Positions 25,982 through 32,000 of a DNA stretch of 32,000 nucleotides are shown here, in pieces; position 1 is the first letter of the stretch; every line of letters begins with the position of its first letter. This DNA is from an uncultured Actinomycetes bacterium (GTDB taxonomy: Bacteria > Actinomycetota > Actinomycetes > S36-B12 > CAIYMF01), in NCBI GenBank assembly GCA_963843975.1, contig CAWJMG010000001.1, forward strand, positions 240,001 to 272,000, read 5' to 3'. The notes below the pieces were generated by a model. It was not told where the DNA came from and did no database searches. It worked only from the letters and a program-made list of their open reading frames with translations. Made by a program: the position numbers and the translations under genes.

Positions 25982-27295
25982 ATGCTCGGCGCCGGAGGTG
26001 GGACCGTGCCCGCAGTGGCCACAGCGCTGTTCGCCGTCGTCGTCATCGCGTTCGTCGCGGTGTCGCGCGGGGTCGGCCGGATGCATCTCACCGCGCCGAT
26101 CGTCTTCACCGCCGTCGGCTACCTGGGGAGCAAGCTCCTGGGCGGCGAGGTCGACGCCGCGCTCGTGCGCTCGATCGCCGAGGCGACGCTCGCCGTGGTG
26201 CTGTTCCACGACGCCGCACAGGTGCGGCCCGCCCAGCTGCGCGGCGACATCGGCCTGTGCCTGCGGCTGCTGCTGATCGGCCTCCCCCTGACGATCCTGC
26301 TCGGGCTCGGCGTCGGCCACCTGCTGATGCCGACGCTCGGCATCGCCTTCGCGCTCCTGCTCGCCTCTGCCCTCGCACCCACCGACGCCGGGCTCGGCGC
26401 GGCCACGGTCCTCAACCCCGTCGTCCCCGTCCGTGTACGACGGCTCCTCAACGTCGAGAGCGGCCTGAACGACGGCCTCTCCACCCCGGTCGTCCTGTTC
26501 GCCATCGCGCTCGCAGGAGTGCCGGCGAGCGAGGACGGCCGTGTCGTGGTCGAAGCGCTCACTGAGCTGGCCATCGGGACGGCGGCGGGCATCGGGCTCG
26601 GAGTGCTCGCCGGTGCCGCGATCGCCCTCGCTGTCGCGCGCGGATGGGCCGAGCGCGGCCTGGTGCCCGTGGCCACCCTGGCGGTGCCGATGGTCACCTA
26701 CTACGGCTCGGTCGCCGTCCACGGCAACGGCTTCGTCGCGGCGTTCGTGTCGGGCACCGCGTTCGCCTGGGCGCTGGAGCGTCGCCGCCCGGCCGCCACC
26801 GACGAGCCGGCACCGGAGGTCGAGGAGTCGCTGCTGCTCGCCGAGTGGGTCTCGGTCGCGGTCGGCTACCTCGTCTGGACCCTGTTCGGCTACGTCGCCC
26901 TCGGCGGCCTCACCGCCGTGCTCACCTGGCAGGCCGTGCTGTTCGCCGTCCTGTCGATGACGGTGCTGCGCATGCTTCCCGTGGCCCTGGCGCTGCTCGG
27001 CTCGGGCATGCGCCGCGAGTCCGTGCTGTTCATCGGGTGGTTCGGCCCGCGCGGGCTCGCCTCGGTGGTGTTCTCGGTGATCGCCGTCGAGACGCTGCCC
27101 ATGACCGACGAGCTGCAGATGGTGCTCGCCACGATCGTCCTGACGGTGCTCATGAGCGTGGTCCTGCACGGGATCACCGCCGACCCGTGGGCCGCGCGGT
27201 ACGGCGCCTGGGCCGAGCGCACCCGGCCGCCGGCCGAGTCCGAGGGATCGGTAGAGCCGACCGCAGGACGGTCCGGCGTCACCCGCGCGTCCTGA
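25982..27295 (+). CDS. cation:proton antiporter (CPA1 / NhaP-type), about 430-437 aa
   Basis: About 11-12 TM segments, with APTDAGLG and FGPRGLASVVF motifs. ATG at 25982. An in-frame GTG at 26006 has a better GGAGG spacing and may be the true start. Confidence 0.8.
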   Translation: MLGAGGGTVPAVATALFAVVVIAFVAVSRGVGRMHLTAPIVFTAVGYLGSKLLGGEVDAALVRSIAEATLAVVLFHDAAQVRPAQLRGDIGLCLRLLLIGLPLTILLGLGVGHLLMPTLGIAFALLLASALAPTDAGLGAATVLNPVVPVRVRRLLNVESGLNDGLSTPVVLFAIALAGVPASEDGRVVVEALTELAIGTAAGIGLGVLAGAAIALAVARGWAERGLVPVATLAVPMVTYYGSVAVHGNGFVAAFVSGTAFAWALERRRPAATDEPAPEVEESLLLAEWVSVAVGYLVWTLFGYVALGGLTAVLTWQAVLFAVLSMTVLRMLPVALALLGSGMRRESVLFIGWFGPRGLASVVFSVIAVETLPMTDELQMVLATIVLTVLMSVVLHGITADPWAARYGAWAERTRPPAESEGSVEPTAGRSGVTRAS

Positions 27296-27336
27296 GCCCG
27301 GCGACCGTCGTCGACCAACCCGCGGGTCCTGCCGCC

Positions 27337-28704
27337 ATGCACCCGTCCGGCGTGGCAGCGTTGCCCCCGATGAACAGCCCAGCAGCCACTCCCGCACCCG
27401 CCGCAGCGGCTCCGCCCGCGATCGACGGGCGCGAGTACCTCCGCCTCATCGGTCTCGGGGCCGCCATCGGCATCCCCGCGGCCTTCGTCGCCCTCGCCTT
27501 CCTCGGGCTGGTCCACACGGTCGAGCACTGGCTCTGGCACTCGGTCCCCGAGTCGATGGGCCTGGACTCGCCGCCCTGGTGGATGGTGCTGTTCTTCCCT
27601 GTCGTCGGCGCACTGCTCGTGTGGCTCGCCCGCGTCGCGCTCCCCGGCGACGGCGGCCACGAGCCGGTCTACGGCCTCAACGCCGCACCCACGCCCATCG
27701 CCTACGCGCCCGGCATCGCGCTGGCCGCCTTCGCCTCGCTCGCCTTCGGCGCCGTCGTAGGCCCCGAGGCGCCGCTCATCGCGCTCGGCTCGGCCGTCGG
27801 CATGGTCGCCGTCCGCTGGTGGAAGGTGAAGGACCCCGGCGACCGCGTGCTCTCGACGGCGGGCAGCTTCTCCGCCGTCTCCGCACTGTTCGGCGGCCCC
27901 GTCGTCGCAGGGGCGTTGCTGCTCGAGGCGGGCGTCGGCGCGGGCGCAGCGATCCTGCCCGTGCTCATCCCGGGCGCGGTCGCGTCCGCGATCGGCTACC
28001 TGCTCGTGACCGGCGTGGGCGGCTGGGCCGGCATCCCGACCGGTGCGCTCACGGTCCCCGACCTGCCGGTGTACGACTCGCCCCGAATCACCGACCTCCT
28101 GGTCGCCGTGGTCGTCGGTCTGATCGTGGCGATCCTCGTGCGTCTCGTGCACGGCACGGCCCTCGCGATCATCGGGCGGCGCGCACGGTTCGGCGTCGGC
28201 CCCATGCTCCTCGCCGGCGGCCTCGTCACCGGCGCGCTCGGTCTCGTCATCGTCGCCCTGGGAGGCACCTCGAACGACGTCCTGTTCAGCGGGCAGAGCG
28301 ACCTTCCGGCGCTGCTCGCCGAGGACTCCGAGTGGCTGATCCTCGCGATCATCGCGGCGAAGGCGATCGCGTACGCCGTCTGCCTCGGCGTCGGCTTCCG
28401 CGGCGGTCCGATCTTCCCGGCGATCTTCCTCGGCGTCGGCGTCGCGATGCTCGTGGGCGAGCTCTTCGGGATGTCGCCGACCGTGGCGCTCGCCATCGGC
28501 ACCGCGTGCGGCATGGCAGCGTTCAGCCGGCTCATCTTCTCGGCGCTGGTGTTCGTGCTGCTCCTCGTCGGCCCGGAGAACGCCGACGTCATCCCCGCCG
28601 CCGTGCTCGCGGCGTGCACCGCCTGGGTGGTGGCGCACGCGCTCGACAAGCGCGCCCAGGACGCTGCCGCAGCAGCAGCCGCGGCGGACGCGCCGGCGAC
28701 CTGA
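27337..28704 (+). CDS. ClC-family chloride/anion channel or antiporter, 455 aa
   Basis: ATG at 27337. ClC selectivity-filter-like motifs GPEAPLIALG (GxEGP type with gating Glu) and GGPIFPAIFLG (GxFxP type). About 10+ TM helices. Confidence 0.85.
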   Translation: MHPSGVAALPPMNSPAATPAPAAAAPPAIDGREYLRLIGLGAAIGIPAAFVALAFLGLVHTVEHWLWHSVPESMGLDSPPWWMVLFFPVVGALLVWLARVALPGDGGHEPVYGLNAAPTPIAYAPGIALAAFASLAFGAVVGPEAPLIALGSAVGMVAVRWWKVKDPGDRVLSTAGSFSAVSALFGGPVVAGALLLEAGVGAGAAILPVLIPGAVASAIGYLLVTGVGGWAGIPTGALTVPDLPVYDSPRITDLLVAVVVGLIVAILVRLVHGTALAIIGRRARFGVGPMLLAGGLVTGALGLVIVALGGTSNDVLFSGQSDLPALLAEDSEWLILAIIAAKAIAYAVCLGVGFRGGPIFPAIFLGVGVAMLVGELFGMSPTVALAIGTACGMAAFSRLIFSALVFVLLLVGPENADVIPAAVLAACTAWVVAHALDKRAQDAAAAAAAADAPAT

Positions 28705-29509
28705 TCAGCCGTAGAGCTCGGGGCGCCGGAAGGCGAGGTAGTCGAGCCTCTGGGTCGAGCGCGGTGATGTGCGCGAGCGCGACCTCGGCGTCGACGGTGC
28801 CGACGGAGAGCCCGGCATCCACCAGCACGGCGCCCTGGGCCGACACGACCGTGCTCTGGCCGAGGAAGGTGAAGCGCGGGCCCGGGCCCACCCAGTTGCT
28901 GAGCACGAGCGGCAGGCCGTTCTCCATCGCGCGGGACCGCGTGTAGACCTCCTGGTAGCGCTCGTAGCCCTCCATGTTCGCCGAGCAGGCCACGAGCAGC
29001 TCGGCCCCGCCGAGCGCGAGAGTGCGTGCCACCTCCGGGATCTCGAGGTCGAAGCAGATGAAGACGCCGAGGACTCCGAGGCTCGTAGCGACCGGTGCGA
29101 TCGCGTCGCCAGGCGCGAAGACCTTGCGCTCACCGGCGAACAGATGGGCCTTGCGCGCGACACCGGCCAGCGAGCCGTCGGAGTCGATCACCGCGGCGCT
29201 GTTGTAGGTGCGGTCGCCGACCCGCTCGGCGAAGCCGACCACGGCGACGACCCCGGCGGCGCGGGCGGCGTCGGTGATGCGGGCGAACGCCGCGTCACCC
29301 GGCTGCGGAGCGACGTCGTGCAGATGGCGCCTGAGGTCGTAGCGCGTCGTCGCCAGCTCGGGCAGGACGACGAGGTCGGCCATGCCTGCCGCGGCGCCGA
29401 TCGCCGCCACGACGTCCGCAACCGCCGCGTCGACGTCCAGGTCGCCTGCTGGCAGCTGCACGGCGCGCACGCGCACGGTCCGTGCAGCGGGCGTCGCGTC
29501 GTCGGTCAT
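28705..29509 (-). pseudogene. carbon-nitrogen hydrolase (nitrilase superfamily) protein interrupted by a 1-nt insertion near the 3' end
   Basis: ATG at 29509. E-K-C triad context (LPELATT, ARKAHLF, ICFDLEIPE). After codon 254 (..ALDPE) the conserved C-terminus LDYLAFRRPELYG-stop is in the next frame. The span is 805 nt (3n+1). The unshifted frame gives a Pro/Arg-rich tail overlapping the ClC gene by 116 nt. Confidence 0.65.
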
Positions 29510-29555
29510 GCGGGGATCATGCCGCCCGTCGCATGCCCGCCGACAGAGCGGGTGG

Positions 29556-30356
29556 CTAGCAGAGGCCGCGCAGCAGGGGCTCGGGGTTCACGGCGTCGGA
29601 CTCGCCGCCGGAGCGCCAGTACTCGAAGTGCAGGTGCACCGCGCCAGGGCTGCCGGTGTCGCCCATGAGCCCGATGGTCTGCCCGCGCGTCACGCGCTGA
29701 CCGTCGGCGACGAGGTCCTTGTCCATGTGGCCGTAGTAGAACTTCGCGCCGCTGACGCCCTGCAGCACGATGCGCAGGGCGCCGTTCGCCTGCCGGCCCT
29801 CGCGCACGACGTACCCGGACTCGATCGCACGGATGCGCGAGCCGCGGGTGTCGAACAGGTCCTGGCCCTGGTGCAGGTGGCCCGGGCGCGGGGCGCCGAA
29901 GCCCTGGCCGAAGGCCGCGCCCGGCGCGGGGCACGTGCGGCCGGACGCGACCCGGGTGGTCGAGCGCGAGGCCTTCGCCGTCCTCTTCTTCTTCGCCTTC
30001 TTCTTCTGGTTCGGCGGGTTGGTGAAGAGCTCGTGCCAGGTGAGCGTGCCGACATAGCCTGCCGCGCGCAGGTGCCGGGCCTTCTGGAACCGCTTGACGA
30101 GCTTCACCGTCACCGGCCCGTAGCGGCCGGTCTGCTTCACGCCGATGCGGTCCTGCAGCATCTTCACCGCGCCGCCGCGCGCACCGGGCTCGAGCACCGG
30201 CATCTGCCACCACTGCATCGACGTGGCCGTCGGGACGACGACGCGGGCGGGCTGCACCGGTGCGGCGCCGGCGGCGGGCGCCGCCCCCAGGGCGCCGACG
30301 AGCAGCGCGGCACCGACGGCGGAGGACGTGAGGAACGGGTGGCGGGCGACAGGCAC
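29556..30356 (-). CDS. secreted M23 metallopeptidase with peptidoglycan-binding domain, 266 aa
   Basis: GTG at 30356, 8 nt after GGAGG. Signal-peptide-like AVGAALLVGALGAAPAAGA. PG_binding_1-like GGAVKMLQDRIGVKQTGRYGPVTVKLVKRFQ. M23 zinc motifs HLHQGQD and GAVHLHFE. Confidence 0.8.
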   Translation of the reverse strand: MPVARHPFLTSSAVGAALLVGALGAAPAAGAAPVQPARVVVPTATSMQWWQMPVLEPGARGGAVKMLQDRIGVKQTGRYGPVTVKLVKRFQKARHLRAAGYVGTLTWHELFTNPPNQKKKAKKKRTAKASRSTTRVASGRTCPAPGAAFGQGFGAPRPGHLHQGQDLFDTRGSRIRAIESGYVVREGRQANGALRIVLQGVSGAKFYYGHMDKDLVADGQRVTRGQTIGLMGDTGSPGAVHLHFEYWRSGGESDAVNPEPLLRGLC

Positions 30357-30535
30357 GGGCGAGACCTCCGGGACGGTGGGGCGCGGGCGTAGGCGCGGAC
30401 GCTGCCACGGTCGCCGTACGCCCACCACCCCCCGCGCAGGTAACGGACACCGTGTCCGCACACCGCGCACGCGCTGCTCCGCGCCCCGCACGGAGGCAGC
30501 GGGCGGCGTCCGGATCGGGGAGGCATGATGACGAC

Positions 30536-31381
30536 GTGACGCCCGATGCCCGCGACCTCGCGCCGCTCGCCGATCTCGTCGCCGGCGGCGGGGTCGTCGC
30601 GCTCACCGGCGCCGGCATCTCGACCGAGTCGGGCATCCCCGACTACCGCGGCCCGTCCGGTGCCTCGCTGCGCCGGCACTCGCCCATGACCTACCAGCTC
30701 TTCACCGGCGATCCCGTCGCACGGCGCCGCTACTGGGCGCGCAGCCACGTCGGCTGGCGGATCATGCGCGAGGCGCAGCCGAACGACGGCCACCGCGCGG
30801 TCGCCGAGCTCGAGCGCCTCGGCCTCGTGCTCGGCACCATCACGCAGAACGTCGACGGGCTCCACCAGGCAGCCGGGGCGCAGCGCGTGGTCGACCTCCA
30901 CGGCCGGCTCGACCGCGTGGTGTGCCTCGACTGCGGCACGGCGACGACGCGCGCGGACCTCGACGCGCGGCTGTCCACCGTCAACCTCGACTGGAGGGCG
31001 ACAGTCACCGCGGTCAACCCCGACGGCGACGTCGACCTCCCCGACGACCAGCTCGACGCGTTCACCGTCGTCGACTGCGAGGCCTGCGGCGGGGTGCTCA
31101 AGCCCGACGTCGTCTACTTCGGCGAGAACGTCCCGGCCACCCGGCTGGCCGAGACGTACGAGCTGGCGGACGGCGCGCGGGCTCTGCTCGTGCTCGGCTC
31201 GTCCCTCACCGTCTTCTCCGGCCGCCGGTTCGTCGTGCGGGCGGACAAGGCCGGAGTGCCCGTGGCGATCGTGAACGACGGCCCGACGCGCGGCGACGAC
31301 GTCGCGGCCGTGCGCCTCGGCACCCCGCTCGGCGCCACCCTCCGCACGCTCGTCGAGTCGCTCAGCACTTCGACGGTCTGA
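30536..31381 (+). CDS. NAD-dependent protein deacylase, Sir2 family, 281 aa
   Basis: GAGISTESGIPDYRG, TQNVDGLH and catalytic DLHG motifs, plus zinc-ribbon cysteines CLDCG...CEACGG. The GTG 30536 start is tentative (the ORF is open from 30452). Confidence 0.85.
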   Translation: MTPDARDLAPLADLVAGGGVVALTGAGISTESGIPDYRGPSGASLRRHSPMTYQLFTGDPVARRRYWARSHVGWRIMREAQPNDGHRAVAELERLGLVLGTITQNVDGLHQAAGAQRVVDLHGRLDRVVCLDCGTATTRADLDARLSTVNLDWRATVTAVNPDGDVDLPDDQLDAFTVVDCEACGGVLKPDVVYFGENVPATRLAETYELADGARALLVLGSSLTVFSGRRFVVRADKAGVPVAIVNDGPTRGDDVAAVRLGTPLGATLRTLVESLSTSTV

Positions 31382-31442
31382 CCGCCGCGCCCGCGGGGCT
31401 GCGTGAAACACTCGCGCACGTCGACGTGCGAGGAGGTGTGCG

Positions 31443-32000
31443 ATGCGGATCCCGCAGCCGAGGCTGACCCAGGCCCGGCGGGCAGGCCTGCTCGCCGCCG
31501 TCGCCGTCTATCCCCTCTCCCGGCTCGCGGGCACGCTGCCGCGGCCCGCGCTCGACCGGGCGGTGGTCTCGGGCGTCACGATGGCCACCGCCTACCAGGC
31601 CGCAGCGGCGTCCGCCGGCGCCATCCGCGGGGCCGCCGGAGTCGGTACGTCGAACCCGCGCACCCGCGCCGCCAGCACTGCCGGCGCCGCGCTCTCGCTC
31701 ACCGTCTTCGCCGCCCTCGTCGCGCAGCGCGCCCGACGCGAGGCGCGACGCCTCGCCCTGGCGGGTGTGCGGCTCCCGGTGCCCGCCGCAGCGCTGGGCT
31801 CCGGCGCCGAGCTCGTGATGGTCGGGACCGGCGCGGCCATGCTCGTGGCGCTCGCGGACACCGTCGGCATGACGCTGCCCGAGCCGCTGCGCCCCACCCA
31901 CCCGGTGGTCGTCACGGCCGGACTCGTCGCGGTGGGCGGCGCACTGGGCGCGGCTGCGCGCCACCCGCGGCTGCTGTCGCACCTGCAGGTCGAGGCGTCG
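31443..32000 (+). CDS. hypothetical membrane-associated protein, 5' partial (runs off the window)
   Basis: ATG at 31443, 6 nt after AGGAGG. Open to the window end with strong third-position GC bias and Ala/Leu/Val-rich hydrophobic segments. Not in the ORF track because no stop codon is reached. Confidence 0.5.
   Translation, partial: MRIPQPRLTQARRAGLLAAVAVYPLSRLAGTLPRPALDRAVVSGVTMATAYQAAAASAGAIRGAAGVGTSNPRTRAASTAGAALSLTVFAALVAQRARREARRLALAGVRLPVPAAALGSGAELVMVGTGAAMLVALADTVGMTLPEPLRPTHPVVVTAGLVAVGGALGAAARHPRLLSHLQVEAS

Noticed and set aside
27296-27336. Possible fluoride or other riboswitch upstream of the ClC gene or the antiporter.
   Set aside because: The gaps are only 41 nt and 58 nt. 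I could not see the conserved helices of the crcB motif. A covariance-model scan would be needed to exclude it formally.
29981-30009. Polypyrimidine CTT-rich tract (tcctcttcttcttcgccttcttcttctgg), conspicuous in GC-rich DNA.
   Set aside because: It is the antisense of the Lys-rich linker NQKKKAKKKRTAK inside the M23 peptidase gene. It is explained by coding for a basic interdomain linker, not by a regulatory or slippage element.
30536-31381. Sir2-domain protein as a possible anti-phage (Thoeris or DSR-like) effector.
   Set aside because: It is a compact 281-aa canonical sirtuin with the zinc-ribbon cysteines and the GAGIS / TQNVD / HG motifs. It has no fused sensor or partner genes. Its neighbours are housekeeping-type, so it is most likely a CobB-like protein deacylase.
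31362-31982. 206-aa minus-strand ORF at the right end of the window.
   Set aside because: It is Gly/Arg/Asp-rich with no motifs. The opposite plus-strand frame has an AGGAGG-ATG start at 31443, strong third-position GC bias and hydrophobic segments, so the plus-strand gene is preferred.

Overview
Very GC-rich actinobacterial chromosomal segment (Actinomycetota; the finer lineage cannot be proven from this window). It is densely packed with about 30 protein-coding genes on both strands. I saw no rRNA, tRNA, CRISPR array, transposase, integrase or phage genes. Left to right: (1) a core block of SRAP peptidase, aroA and rsgA, then DUF1801, DUF2231, hisN, a polytopic membrane protein, a CBS-pair protein and a cytochrome P450. 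(2) A single-ORF GNAT acetyltransferase-AAA+ ATPase fusion. (3) Two tandemly duplicated PAS-GGDEF-EAL (c-di-GMP) genes, with a visible duplication scar between them that contains a fragment of the neighbouring GNAT gene. (4) A cluster of small DinB, YCII, VOC and ArsR stress-type genes. (5) The histidine-utilisation operon hutU-hutI-hutH, with a divergent IclR regulator, a palindromic operator and a strong nested hairpin at its 3' end. (6) An unusually long Flp-type pilin carrying a Pro/Thr linker and a beta-rich adhesin-like C-terminal domain, with no tad genes nearby. (7) A glutaredoxin-thioredoxin reductase fusion, an SDR, a CPA1 antiporter plus a ClC channel, a nitrilase-family hydrolase, an M23 peptidase, a sirtuin and a partial membrane protein. 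Three unrelated genes (kinase-like, small ArsR-coupled protein, nitrilase-family) each carry exactly one extra nucleotide that splits a conserved reading frame, and two of the three sites are the same heptamer GAGGCTC. Many genes have a TANNNT hexamer 6-7 nt upstream of the start codon, which suggests leaderless transcripts. I did not find a convincing new multi-gene system such as a defence island. The most unusual items are the GNAT-AAA+ fusion, the Flp-adhesin fusion, the duplication scar and the frameshift trio. Most long antisense ORFs in the six-frame track are GC-driven artefacts.
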